A stretch of DNA of 60,684 nt from Nitrospirota bacterium (GTDB lineage: Bacteria > Nitrospirota > Thermodesulfovibrionia > UBA6902), in contig JACQXG010000016.1 in assembly GCA_016208905.1 (NCBI GenBank), positions 1 to 60,684 of the forward strand, written 5' to 3'. Both the position numbers and the translations under genes were made by a program. Positions 45,674 through 55,585 of this stretch are shown here, piece after piece. The notes under the pieces were generated by a model that saw nothing but the letters and a program-made list of their open reading frames with translations, had not been told where the DNA came from and made no database searches. Position 1 is the first letter of the stretch. Each line of letters opens with the position of its first letter.

Positions 45674-45700
45674 TTATCGACATTTAGGACTAAAACTTTA
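45674..45700 (-). promoter_or_regulatory. near-consensus sigma-28 (FliA) promoter
   Basis: The minus strand reads TAAAGTTT-N11-GTCGATAA compared with consensus TAAAGTTT-N11-GCCGATAA. It lies ~85 nt upstream of the two-CW ATG. Confidence 0.65.
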
Positions 45701-45754
45701 ATCAAAAGAATTCCTCGAAGCTCTGCATCGGGTTAATGATCTTTTTCTTTGGCC

Positions 45755-45834
45755 GTCATTCCCGCAATCTTCTGAGCGGGAATCCAGTCTTTTTAATAAG
45801 TTCTGGATGCCCGATTACAGACTTCGGGCATGAC
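45755..45834. repeat. REP/BIME-like pair of inverted hairpin units
   Basis: GTCATTCCCGC-loop-GCGGGAATCCAG, then a 15-nt spacer, then CTGGATGCCCGA-loop-TCGGGCATGAC. The second unit is the reverse complement of the first type. Confidence 0.6.
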
Positions 45835-45854
45835 AAAAATAAAAAATGGCAGTA

Positions 45855-46895
45855 TTACACTGAGTTAATGATCTCTCCTGCGATTTCATCCAGAGGTACG
45901 ATCTTATCTGCATTTCCGGCTTCTATAACTGATCGGGGCATTCCATAAACAATACATGTTTTTTCACTTTCAGCTATTGTTCTGCCGCCTTTATTTTTGA
46001 TTTCTTTCATCCCTTTTGAACCGTCATTTCCAAGTCCTGTAAGAATTACGCCAAGTACATGTCCTGAGAAGTTTTCAACAACTGAAAGCATGAGCAGGTC
46101 AACGGACGGCCTATAGATATATTCACCTCTGCCTTCGGATATTGAAATTGAGGTTTCAGTTAATTTCCTGCGAATAATTTCCATATGGCCTCTGCCGGGA
46201 GCTATATATACTACTCCTTTTTTAATAGGTTCACCGTGTTCGGCCTCTTTGACTTCAACAGCGCTTAGCTGATTTAATCTCTCTGCAAAAGGTCCTGTAA
46301 AAGACGGCGGCATGTGCTGGGCTATAAGAATAGGGACGGGGAAATCTTTCGGGATCATGGTGATTATATTTTGTAATGCCTTGGGACCTCCGGTAGATGA
46401 CCCTATAGCAACAACACTTATTCTCCTATGTGAAATATGCTGGGTTTGTGACGGCATAGCAAGCGGTTTATAAGATTTACGGGCAATGTTTCTAACAAGT
46501 CCTTTTCTGCCGATAGTCTTAATTTTATCAATTAATATTTCTTTGATTTTTATGATGTTTATGGAGAGGTCTGCAAGGTTTTTGGGTATAAAATCGACGG
46601 CCCCGATCTCAAGCGCGTCAAGTGTGGTCTTAGCTCCTTCTGTAGTTATTGAACTGACCATTAATACAGGAAGCGGATATTTTGCCATTATCTGTTTAAG
46701 CGCCTCAATGCCGTTCATCCTTGGCATTTCAACATCAAGTGTAACGATATCCGGCTTCAGCAAGGCTACCTTTTCCACTGCTTCAATGCCATCTCTTGCG
46801 ATGCCTACCACCTGAATCTCAGGGTCAGAAGATATCATGCTGGAGATAGCATTTCTCATAAACCCGGAATCATCAACGATTAAGACCCTGATCAT
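45855..46895 (-). CDS. cheB: chemotaxis response regulator protein-glutamate methylesterase CheB
   Basis: REC domain (IVTLDVEMPRMNG) and a methylesterase domain (GSSTGGPKAL, GLGNDG). Confidence 0.9.
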   Translation of the reverse strand: MIRVLIVDDSGFMRNAISSMISSDPEIQVVGIARDGIEAVEKVALLKPDIVTLDVEMPRMNGIEALKQIMAKYPLPVLMVSSITTEGAKTTLDALEIGAVDFIPKNLADLSINIIKIKEILIDKIKTIGRKGLVRNIARKSYKPLAMPSQTQHISHRRISVVAIGSSTGGPKALQNIITMIPKDFPVPILIAQHMPPSFTGPFAERLNQLSAVEVKEAEHGEPIKKGVVYIAPGRGHMEIIRRKLTETSISISEGRGEYIYRPSVDLLMLSVVENFSGHVLGVILTGLGNDGSKGMKEIKNKGGRTIAESEKTCIVYGMPRSVIEAGNADKIVPLDEIAGEIINSV

Positions 46896-46969
46896 TATGC
46901 GACCCCTTTTTTAGCAGATAAAGTTAATGCTCAATATATACTGCAATATATGTGATGAGCATACTGCTT

Positions 46970-47437
46970 TTATAAATGAACAGCTCCGCCTATGAGCTTA
47001 TCAATATCAATAAGTATTATAAGTCTGTCTTTCATCTTTGCTATGCCTTTTATAAACTTGTTGCTGAAATCCGCAGACATAGGAGGAGGCGGATCTATTA
47101 TGCTTTTAGGGACTCTCAGCACTTCGGATACGGAATCTACGATAACTCCATTCGTTATTCCGTTTATTTCCATAATAATAATTCTGGATGTATCGTCTGT
47201 TTGTTTTTCTTTAAAATTGAATTTTTTTCTCAGATTTACAACAGGTATTACTTTACCCCTTAAATTGATAACTCCTTCAACATAGTCCGGTGAATTGGGA
47301 ACTCTCGTTATTTCTGTTATCCTGTTTATTTCCTGAACATTCAGGATGTCTACGGCATATTCCTCATTATTAAGAGTGAATGTAACAAACTGTTGCAGCT
47401 CTTCGTTTGCTACTGCACCATTTCCCGTGGTTTTCAT
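46970..47437 (-). CDS. cheW: chemotaxis coupling protein CheW
   Basis: 155 aa. FVTFTLNNEEYAVDILNVQEI...VINLRGKVIPVVNLR. Confidence 0.9.
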   Translation of the reverse strand: MKTTGNGAVANEELQQFVTFTLNNEEYAVDILNVQEINRITEITRVPNSPDYVEGVINLRGKVIPVVNLRKKFNFKEKQTDDTSRIIIMEINGITNGVIVDSVSEVLRVPKSIIDPPPPMSADFSNKFIKGIAKMKDRLIILIDIDKLIGGAVHL

Positions 47438-47521
47438 AACATGACCTCCATATAATATGTGAAATAATTAAATGCTATTTTTTTCATGCTTCTTCTGACG
47501 CACTATTTTCATTTACTTTCT

Positions 47522-48760
47522 TTAGAAACCAAAATCATTTAATAGGGCTTCAACGTCAGACTGAGTGACCTTTTCAGCCATTTTTCCTTCGCTGTCAGTC
47601 ATAGCGGCTTGATCTGATCCGGCTGCAACTGCAGTTTTCGCCGGTTCAGTCTTGACCTGCATGCCGAATTTTGTTATTAAAGTAAGCATCTCGACTTCAA
47701 CCTGGTTTACAAGGTCAATTACTTTCTTAATAGTTTGGCCCGTAATATCCTGAAACTGCTGCGCGGTAAGAATTGTAGTCATGTCATTATCCAGTGAGTC
47801 TTTGAAAATTCTGAGATAGTTTACGCTTTCATCATTCCCTTTTAAGTTCTCGACATGTCTCGTAAATTCATTGGACTCTTCAAAATATCTCTCGACTATT
47901 CCCATGGTCTTGTTGGCGGCATCTTCCGTCTTTGTAATGACAAATTGAAGTTTATCAATGGCATTAGGGACATCATCTTTTGTAAGCCTCTGGAGTCCGC
48001 TGTCAATTGAGCCTTTGAATTCCTCAAGAGAGTCATGAAGTTTTCTCGTTATTTTTCCAACTTCCCTGAAAAGACCCGTATCTGTTTCCTTGACTAACTG
48101 TTCGACGATGACCTCCGCCTTTTGATATTCATGGTCTGACAGGGCGTTCATAAAGTTTAATATCATGTTATATGCATTCTGTTTCGGGTCGTTTTGTTTG
48201 ATTTTGTCGCTAAAATACTGCTTCGCGTCATGCATTTCCTTTATAATTACCTTGCCCCCTATAGTATCGATCTCCCTGGTAATTTCAACGCTGTTTCCGT
48301 TATCTGTCTCGTTAACCTCAACAATGGCATCTTCAAAGAGACTCATATCATCAAGGGGAAGCAGTTTTTTTGTATTGAGCAAAACGATGAGTTTATTATT
48401 TAGTTTTGCAACACCCTCTATATTGTCAATGTTATTATTAAAAAAATTCTCGGGGGGCTCAATATCGGATTCATCTGCTTTAACAACGCCGGTAATCCCG
48501 TCAACAATAATACCGAATATGATTTTTCCGGTTGCAAGCACTATTACAGTATTCCCATCGCCTTCACTGGCATATGAATTAAGCAGATATTTCAGATTTA
48601 CTATTGGTATAATGCTTCCTCTCAGGTTTGTAACCCCTTTCACGTATGATGGCAGGTGGGGCAGGGCAGTTATGGAAGGCATACTGATTATTTCGCGGAC
48701 CTTTAAGATAGGAATCATATATTCACTTGAGTTGATATTAAATCCTATAAACTGTTGCAC
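47522..48760 (-). CDS. CheW-domain / CheZ-like phosphatase fusion protein
   Basis: The N-terminal ~140 aa are CheW-like (FIGFNINSSEYMIPILKVREI...VTNLRGSIIPIVNLK). The C-terminal ~220 aa are CheZ-like (GKITRKLHDSLEEF, AQQFQDITGQTIKKVIDLV, and the terminal DVEALLNDFGF). Confidence 0.8.
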   Translation of the reverse strand: MQQFIGFNINSSEYMIPILKVREIISMPSITALPHLPSYVKGVTNLRGSIIPIVNLKYLLNSYASEGDGNTVIVLATGKIIFGIIVDGITGVVKADESDIEPPENFFNNNIDNIEGVAKLNNKLIVLLNTKKLLPLDDMSLFEDAIVEVNETDNGNSVEITREIDTIGGKVIIKEMHDAKQYFSDKIKQNDPKQNAYNMILNFMNALSDHEYQKAEVIVEQLVKETDTGLFREVGKITRKLHDSLEEFKGSIDSGLQRLTKDDVPNAIDKLQFVITKTEDAANKTMGIVERYFEESNEFTRHVENLKGNDESVNYLRIFKDSLDNDMTTILTAQQFQDITGQTIKKVIDLVNQVEVEMLTLITKFGMQVKTEPAKTAVAAGSDQAAMTDSEGKMAEKVTQSDVEALLNDFGF

Positions 48761-48775
48761 GGAAACCTCCTGAAT

Positions 48776-50389
48776 TTATGATACGGTTTCACTATTACCA
48801 TTATTGACCTTGAAATTGGCAATCACAGACTTAAGCTCCTCGGAAAGCACATTTAATTCTTTTGTTGTTCCGAAGTATTCCTGGGCTATATCCGCAGTCC
48901 GCTGGTTTTCATCGAATATCTGCTGCAGGTTGGAAGAAACGTCTTCACCTGTAGAGCTTTGCTGTCTGGCAGATTCAGCGATCTGCTGTACCATATCCAT
49001 TACGTTTTGGACTGAACCCATTATTTGCTTTAAGGAATCATCAGCCTGATTTGCCAGCTTAACTCCTTCCTCAACTTCTTTGGTCGCAGATTGCATGGAT
49101 TCCACCGCATTTCTTGTCTCTTCCTGGATATGTTTTATCATGTCTCCAATTTCTTTGGTGGCTGATGTCGTTCTCTCAGCCAATTTCCTGACCTCATCTG
49201 CAACTACTGCAAAACCCCTTCCCTGTTCTCCCGCGCGTGCCGCCTCAATTGCTGCATTCAATGCAAGCAGATTGGTCTGGTTGGCTATATCGTTTATTAC
49301 CTTAATAATTTCACCGATTTGTTCAGATCTCTCTCCCAGTATTGTAATGGTGCCTGCAGATCTGTTTACTGATTGAGATATTTTATTCATGCCGTTAATA
49401 GTCTCGGCGACAACAGTGCCGCCTCTGGTTGCCAGTTCTGCGGCTTCTGTTGCGGATTTGGCTGCGTTGGTAGAGTTTCTGGTCACGTCGTATACTACAA
49501 TACTCATCATTTCGACGGCGCTGGCAACTTTGCCTGTATTTTCTACTTGTATTCTTGTATCTTTACTTATAATTTCAGAAGAGGACAATAAATTATCTGC
49601 AAAGGAAGATAATTTATTTATTGTAGATTTGATTTTAATGACGATGTTGGTTAAATTATATTTTACATTATTTAAAGAGTCACCGAATTTCTCAAGTTCA
49701 TCATGGGTCGTAACATTTATATTACGGGCAGTTAAATCTCCTTTAGAAATTGCCTGGGCAATCTCAACAATTTTATCAACAGAACTGCCATAGTCCCTGT
49801 GAGTCAGGTAAACTGCAGCGATAACTGAAAGGACTGTCAATATAGTTATTAATAAAATGAAATACCTTGATCCGAGCGAGGACTTTCTGATTGTCAGTAT
49901 GTTTTCCATTAACAAATTGTGCTTAATATGATAAAACCCATTGATTTTGTCCTCCGCTTTATTGATGATTTCAGTCAACTCGCTGCCGGCATTCGTTATG
50001 GCCTGCTCAGATGAGTTAGTTAATAACGGTTTTGACCTCTCAAAATATTGCTGGAACAGTCTTTCGATTTCACTTATCCTTTTGTCTTCTGAAAGGTCTT
50101 TTAAATTCTTTAAAGCTGATTCAATCTGCTCCCGGTTCTCAAGGAGCTTTTGCATTTCAACGACAGATGCAGTTTTAACAGCGTCTTTGGATTTCGCAAG
50201 GTACTGGATCAGAAAATGTGATTCAGCTACTTCAGGGGAGCTTTCTGTAAGGCGCAGGACATTCGAATTATAAAAAAATGTCCCCACTGTAATCAGGCCT
50301 ATCAATAAAGAAAATGGAATTATTCCTATCAAAAGTTTTTTTCTGATACTGATTGCAAAATTGCCGATAAAAGGAATATCAAATTTCAC
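48776..50389 (-). CDS. methyl-accepting chemotaxis protein
   Basis: GTG start. Two TM helices flank a ~150-aa sensor region. A HAMP domain is followed by the conserved signalling hairpin ([38 protein letters not shown]). Confidence 0.9.
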   Translation of the reverse strand: MKFDIPFIGNFAISIRKKLLIGIIPFSLLIGLITVGTFFYNSNVLRLTESSPEVAESHFLIQYLAKSKDAVKTASVVEMQKLLENREQIESALKNLKDLSEDKRISEIERLFQQYFERSKPLLTNSSEQAITNAGSELTEIINKAEDKINGFYHIKHNLLMENILTIRKSSLGSRYFILLITILTVLSVIAAVYLTHRDYGSSVDKIVEIAQAISKGDLTARNINVTTHDELEKFGDSLNNVKYNLTNIVIKIKSTINKLSSFADNLLSSSEIISKDTRIQVENTGKVASAVEMMSIVVYDVTRNSTNAAKSATEAAELATRGGTVVAETINGMNKISQSVNRSAGTITILGERSEQIGEIIKVINDIANQTNLLALNAAIEAARAGEQGRGFAVVADEVRKLAERTTSATKEIGDMIKHIQEETRNAVESMQSATKEVEEGVKLANQADDSLKQIMGSVQNVMDMVQQIAESARQQSSTGEDVSSNLQQIFDENQRTADIAQEYFGTTKELNVLSEELKSVIANFKVNNGNSETVS

Positions 50390-50479
50390 TTGCCCGCCCC
50401 CTTTTTGATTGAGTGTACTTAATTATTATTCCTGATAAGTTATCATTAATAAATAACTCCGTTAAATTTCTCACTTGAA

Positions 50480-52324
50480 TTAACCTTTTCCCGATCCCAG
50501 AAGATTTCTTGACATACCGGTAACGTCAAGGATGAATACAACTTTCCCGTCGCCGGTTATTGTTGCTCCAAGTACGTTAGACGACGTCGTGTCTATTCCG
50601 TCGAGTGTTTTTATAACTACTTCCTCCTGTCCAAGAAGTTTGTCGACTGCAATACAGAACCTTTTATCACCCAAGGCAATAACTACAATGTATTTATGAT
50701 CTGACTCGTTTTCTTCATGTCCGTTATATCTGTTGCCAAGGAGGCTGTTTAATTCGAATAAAGGACATATTTTATCACGTATAACTATTACGTTCTGGCC
50801 TGTAATATTATTAATTTCCTTTTTTGAGATCTTAAGAGTTTCTTCGATGGGTGAAAGAGGGATTGCGTATTTACATCCTGAAACCTCGACCATTAATGCC
50901 TGAATTATCGCCAGGGTCAGAGGAATACATATTCTAAATGTTGTACCCACATTTTTTTCAGTTGATATTTCAACATACCCGTTCAGAAGGGATATATTGG
51001 TCTTTACAACGTCCATGCCGACACCGCGGCCGCTGAGTTCTGTTGCTACTTCTTTGGTAGAAAATCCCGGCATAAAAATAATTTCAGTGGCAGCATCGTC
51101 AGACATTTTATTTGCCTCTTCTTCAGTCAAGAGACCTTTTTCAACGGCTTTTCTCTTTAGATTTTCTACATCCATGCCTTTTCCGTCATCTGAAATTTCA
51201 ATAACGATCTGGTTGCCCTTCTGAAATATGTTTATTATGATTTTACCCTTAGCAGGCTTGCCCTTGGCCAAGCGTTCTTCGGTGGGTTCAAGGCCGTGGT
51301 CCAGGGAGTTCCTCATTATATGTGTTAAAGGGTCTCCAATATGCTCAATGACTGATTTGTCAACCTCTGTACCTTCACCGTAAATTATCAGCTCAACATC
51401 TTTGTTGACGGAAGCAGACATGTCTCTTACAAGTCTCGGGAATTTAGAGAGGACTTTTTTAATGGGCTGCATACGTATTTTCATTACAGCGAGCTGCAAA
51501 TCTGAAGTAACTCTATCCAGGAATGACACGGTCTCCATCAGTGTCTCGGTTTGTGAATCATTCGAATATTTCTGGTCAAAGTAATTGGATATATTTAAGA
51601 GCCTGTTTCTGACCAGGACCACTTCACCTGCAAGGTCCATTACCTTGTCTATCCGTTCAATATCTACTCTTAAATTATGCGCTGTGTCCTTTGGTTTCTG
51701 CGCAGCTTCCTTTAATTTTTGGTCCTCCGGAAGAGAGGCCTGCACTTTTTCTTCGGATTCTTGCATGGCGCTATCGGCAGCAACGGTAATGTCAGGCCTG
51801 GGTTTGGGCTCTTCAGACGTCTGAACGATAGCAGCGGTCAATTGTTCCGCAGTCTCAGATGATCTGATTTCCTGAGCTGCGGTCCCAACCGGGTCTGCTT
51901 TTTGTGCCGCTTCTCCGATTCCGCCGGAAACAGATATGGCATTATTTAAAGCAGATTCCAATTCTTTAACCAGGGGAGCAACATTTTCTTCAATACCATC
52001 TTTATTTTTTAAATGCGCAAGCAGCAGTTTAAGCATATCAACGGATTTAAGAATCACGTCCATTATCTTTTTTGATATTGATATTTCCCCTTCTCTGAGT
52101 TTCTTCATTATATTTTCAGATGTATGAGCTACATCTACTATTGGTTGAAAACCCAGGAAACCTGCAGCGCCTTTGATGGTGTGCATAGACCTGAAAATAT
52201 CATTAAGAAGTTCCTTGTCCTCACCTTTTTGCTCAAGCTCAACAAATAATGGCTCTATCCTGTCAAGGGATTCCTCCGCTTCCGTAATGAACTCGGATAT
52301 TATTTCTTCCATTTCATCATTCAT
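50480..52324 (-). CDS. cheA: chemotaxis histidine kinase CheA (ATG at 52324 after GGAG; the track starts at 52342)
   Basis: Hpt domain HTIKGAAGFLG, HATPase domain (DDGKGMD, GRGVGMD) and a C-terminal CheW-like P5 domain. Confidence 0.9.
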   Translation of the reverse strand: MNDEMEEIISEFITEAEESLDRIEPLFVELEQKGEDKELLNDIFRSMHTIKGAAGFLGFQPIVDVAHTSENIMKKLREGEISISKKIMDVILKSVDMLKLLLAHLKNKDGIEENVAPLVKELESALNNAISVSGGIGEAAQKADPVGTAAQEIRSSETAEQLTAAIVQTSEEPKPRPDITVAADSAMQESEEKVQASLPEDQKLKEAAQKPKDTAHNLRVDIERIDKVMDLAGEVVLVRNRLLNISNYFDQKYSNDSQTETLMETVSFLDRVTSDLQLAVMKIRMQPIKKVLSKFPRLVRDMSASVNKDVELIIYGEGTEVDKSVIEHIGDPLTHIMRNSLDHGLEPTEERLAKGKPAKGKIIINIFQKGNQIVIEISDDGKGMDVENLKRKAVEKGLLTEEEANKMSDDAATEIIFMPGFSTKEVATELSGRGVGMDVVKTNISLLNGYVEISTEKNVGTTFRICIPLTLAIIQALMVEVSGCKYAIPLSPIEETLKISKKEINNITGQNVIVIRDKICPLFELNSLLGNRYNGHEENESDHKYIVVIALGDKRFCIAVDKLLGQEEVVIKTLDGIDTTSSNVLGATITGDGKVVFILDVTGMSRNLLGSGKG

Positions 52325-52348
52325 TATATAGTCTCCATACAATGCTTC

Positions 52349-52744
52349 TTACTGCTGCGCCTGAAGTCTTTCAATTATTTTGTCCATCTTTTCCTTTAAA
52401 ACTTCCCCTGTAAATGGTTTAACAATATAATTGTTGACGCCTGCCTGAATGGCGGTAATGACTTTTTCTTTTTCAGCCTCTGCAGTAACCATAAGAATGG
52501 GCAGCCCTTTCAGTTCAGGATCGCTTCGTACCGCTTTTATAAGTTCAAGACCATCCATATTAGGCATGTTCCAGTCGCTGACGACAAAGCCATATCCTCC
52601 ATTTTTTAACTTTGAAAATGCCTGGGCCCCGTCTTCAGCCTCATCAATGTTAGAATATCCAATTTGTCTTAGAAGGTTTTTTACAATTCTTCTCATTGTT
52701 GAAAAATCATCGACTACGAGTACTTTAATGCTTAAATCAGCCAT
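52349..52744 (-). CDS. cheY: chemotaxis response regulator CheY
   Basis: [35 protein letters not shown] and YIVKPF are canonical CheY residues. Confidence 0.9.
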   Translation of the reverse strand: MADLSIKVLVVDDFSTMRRIVKNLLRQIGYSNIDEAEDGAQAFSKLKNGGYGFVVSDWNMPNMDGLELIKAVRSDPELKGLPILMVTAEAEKEKVITAIQAGVNNYIVKPFTGEVLKEKMDKIIERLQAQQ

Positions 52745-53129
52745 GTTGAATTCCTCCTTTGGTGAAAATCTGTTTTATGATGTCCTTAATATTTTGCGCA
52801 ATTGCGTCTCCTGTTACAGGTTTTACCAGATACCCGTTTGCCCCGTTACTGTAAGCCTTCTTTCTCTCTATCTCATCATTTTCAGTTGTAACCATCAGGA
52901 TAGGGATATCTGATAAATTAGGATCTGAACGCAGGGTTTTTATTAATTCCATACCGTCCATATAAGGCATGTTAAGATCTGTGAGAATAAGATTGACCGT
53001 GTCTGCCCCAAGTTTTTCCAGGGCATCGAGGCCATTTTCAGCAAACACTACGGAATAGCCCCTGGATTTCAAATAATGTCCGAGCAGTTTTCTTGTAGTT
53101 TGACAATCGTCTACAATCATTATTTTCAT
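52737..53129 (-). CDS. second single-domain CheY-like response regulator
   Basis: [22 protein letters not shown] and YLVKP. The gene overlaps cheY by 8 nt. Confidence 0.85.
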   Translation of the reverse strand: MKIMIVDDCQTTRKLLGHYLKSRGYSVVFAENGLDALEKLGADTVNLILTDLNMPYMDGMELIKTLRSDPNLSDIPILMVTTENDEIERKKAYSNGANGYLVKPVTGDAIAQNIKDIIKQIFTKGGIQHG

Positions 53130-53199
53130 CTCAATTCACCTGATGTTAACCGGAATTCATAATTATTGATATTTGGTGTCTCTTTAAATTTATTCATTT

Positions 53200-54024
53200 T
53201 CATACCTTCTGATACATAATGACTTTATCTATTACGCAGGGCCTGAAAGCCCTTGTCACATTATGAAGACTTTCTGAGGAACCGATTAATAAATAGCCCC
53301 CGGGATTTAAACTGTCATAAAGATTTGAAACCACTTTCTGTTTTGACTTGGTATCAAAGTATATAAGTACATTCCGGCAGAAAATAATATCCATCCCGCG
53401 AAATGATTTTAAATTCTTATTGTCTATAAGATTGGCCTTCATGAATTTGACAGTGTTTTTGACGGAAGCATTCAGGGTATAGGACTGGCCGCTGATTGTA
53501 AAATATTTTTTATGATAGGATTCAGGTATATTTCTCACTGAATAAGAATTGTAAATAGCCCTCTTTGCAGACTCTAAAACCCCTGTGCTCAGGTCTGATG
53601 CTAAAATCTCAAATTGATTAGTTGATAAATGCTTTTCCATAAGCATCATAGAAATTGTATAAGGCTCTTCCCCCGTGGAACATGCAGCCGACCATATTCT
53701 TATGTTTTTAACACCCTTCTTTTGTTCAAACACTTTCGGGAAAATACTTTCGGAAAATACGTTTAATTGTTGAGGTTCCCTGAAGAAGTAAGTTTCATTA
53801 GTGGTTACGGCGTCAAAAAGCCTTGTGAGTTCATCTCCGTTTGGGCTGAATTTTAACAGCTTGATATAATCTTCAAAGCTGTTAAGTTTTTTTTCCTGTA
53901 GTATTCTTGAAAGCCTGTTTTCAATCAGATATTTTTTGCTATCGCTTACATAGATGCCACTATTATCATATATATAGTCTCTGAGATCTCTAAATGATGA
54001 TTCGGAAATGTGTATATTTAACAT
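53200..54024 (-). CDS. cheR: chemotaxis protein methyltransferase CheR
   Basis: TNETYFFRE, IWSAACSTGEEPYT and IFCRNVLIYF. Confidence 0.9.
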   Translation of the reverse strand: MLNIHISESSFRDLRDYIYDNSGIYVSDSKKYLIENRLSRILQEKKLNSFEDYIKLLKFSPNGDELTRLFDAVTTNETYFFREPQQLNVFSESIFPKVFEQKKGVKNIRIWSAACSTGEEPYTISMMLMEKHLSTNQFEILASDLSTGVLESAKRAIYNSYSVRNIPESYHKKYFTISGQSYTLNASVKNTVKFMKANLIDNKNLKSFRGMDIIFCRNVLIYFDTKSKQKVVSNLYDSLNPGGYLLIGSSESLHNVTRAFRPCVIDKVIMYQKV

Positions 54025-55442
54025 GTGTACCCCGAATTCAATTCTGATGTGAACTTTGTGGCCATCTCGCGAATATTATCATTTAATTCATTTATGCGCG
54101 ATAAAAATAAATCGGGATTTATATTTATTAGCGCATTTATGAATTCATCGATAACGTCATTATATTTTTCATTTTGCAGCATCTTCATAAGAGGCTCAAA
54201 GGCCGTCATGTCTCCTATTTTTCCAAGGCTGCTTACAGCCGTTTTCCTGACATGGCTGTCGGGATCGGCAATTGCCTCCATGAGGCAGTTTTTTGCCTCG
54301 TCGCTCTCTATTTGGCTGAGTGATTTTATGCTTGATCTTCTAACATCCCTGTAATCGCTTTTCAAAAGATCAATTAGAATCGTCACTGCATTTTTGCATT
54401 TCAGATCGCCGATTATTTCAATAGCTGCGACTTTTCCCCGATATTTGACGGAGGCATCATTAAGCAGATCTATGAGTGAGGATGTGCATCCTAAACCATA
54501 AATAGCTTCCTTGATAATAGTCAGTTTATCTTCGCTTTCAGGATCGGAGAGATCAAGTGAACCGGCCGCGTCAATCATATGATAAATAGCGGTCTCGTCT
54601 TTTAGCGCTGCGAGTCCTTTAATTGCAGTAAATTTCTCATCCCAGTCATCGTCCGCTAACATATCAATAAGTGCATCTGATACTCCCGGCATTGAAGGAA
54701 CAGTTCCTATTTGGACAAGACTTCTTATGGCCGCCTTTTTTTCAAATCCTTCTGCCCTTGATATATGATCTGAAATGGACTGGACTGCATTATGAGAGCC
54801 GATTTTCCCAAGGGCTTCAATAGCTGCATATCTTATTGTCTCAGAAGGACTGTTCAAGAGATCAACAATAGAGCTTATCGCTTCTTCTTCTTTTAAATCG
54901 ATAAGGGCTTCGAGCGCTGAGAAACAAACCCACTCTTCATCTTTTAAGGCGGCTGTGAGTTGCGGTAAGGCTTTTTTTAACTGCAGCCTGCCTATTGTTT
55001 TTGCGGCTGCTGCACGTACATTCGCATTCGTGTCGCCTGTGAGCATTTCAACCAGTTTTTCAGGATAACTGCATTGTTGAATATCATGTATAAGATCCAG
55101 AGCAAATTTTCTTACATCATCATCTCTGTCATTCAAAAGAATTTGCAGCAGCGGAACGGTAATTGTGCCCATCTCTCTTAAGATTAATATTGCGGTGTTT
55201 CTCAGGAAGGAGTTTTCCCGCAGAAGCGGCAGCACCATATATGCGGTAGTTTCCCCTTTTATGTTCATTAGGGAGCGCATTGCCGCATCCTGTACTCCAA
55301 AATTATCATCTCGCAGCGCCTTGATCAACGGATAGACGGCCCTTTCATCGCCATCTGAAAGGGCTTCTGCAGCAGAACGCCTCTTTGAGGCATCTTCATC
55401 AGTGATATCTCTTAATAATTTATTAAGTCTTGCTGTATGCAT
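54018..55442 (-). CDS. HEAT (PBS-lyase-type) repeat protein, first gene of the che operon
   Basis: At least 10 repeats of the form D-x-D/N-x-x-VR-x-x-A-x-x-AL. It overlaps the cheR start by 7 nt. Confidence 0.75.
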   Translation of the reverse strand: MHTARLNKLLRDITDEDASKRRSAAEALSDGDERAVYPLIKALRDDNFGVQDAAMRSLMNIKGETTAYMVLPLLRENSFLRNTAILILREMGTITVPLLQILLNDRDDDVRKFALDLIHDIQQCSYPEKLVEMLTGDTNANVRAAAAKTIGRLQLKKALPQLTAALKDEEWVCFSALEALIDLKEEEAISSIVDLLNSPSETIRYAAIEALGKIGSHNAVQSISDHISRAEGFEKKAAIRSLVQIGTVPSMPGVSDALIDMLADDDWDEKFTAIKGLAALKDETAIYHMIDAAGSLDLSDPESEDKLTIIKEAIYGLGCTSSLIDLLNDASVKYRGKVAAIEIIGDLKCKNAVTILIDLLKSDYRDVRRSSIKSLSQIESDEAKNCLMEAIADPDSHVRKTAVSSLGKIGDMTAFEPLMKMLQNEKYNDVIDEFINALININPDLFLSRINELNDNIREMATKFTSELNSGYTC

Positions 55443-55554
55443 TAGCGACCTCTAATCTGGTTAATAATTTAATTCTTTAATATGAGCAAGCTTTACGATC
55501 AAGCATATTTGAATTCAAGATGAAATCAAAAACATACAATCATCTTATGCGTAA

Positions 55555-55582
55555 TTATCGGTACATTATTTTGATTACTTTA
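55555..55582 (-). promoter_or_regulatory. sigma-28 (FliA)-like promoter candidate for the che operon
   Basis: The minus strand reads TAAAGTAA-N12-ACCGATAA. It lies ~113 nt upstream of the HEAT gene ATG. Confidence 0.4.
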
Positions 55583-55585
55583 ATC

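Noticed and set aside
45736-45948. 70-aa plus-strand ORF between the two-CW gene and cheB
   Set aside because: Its first half is translation of the REP-like hairpins and its second half is antisense to the cheB 3' end.
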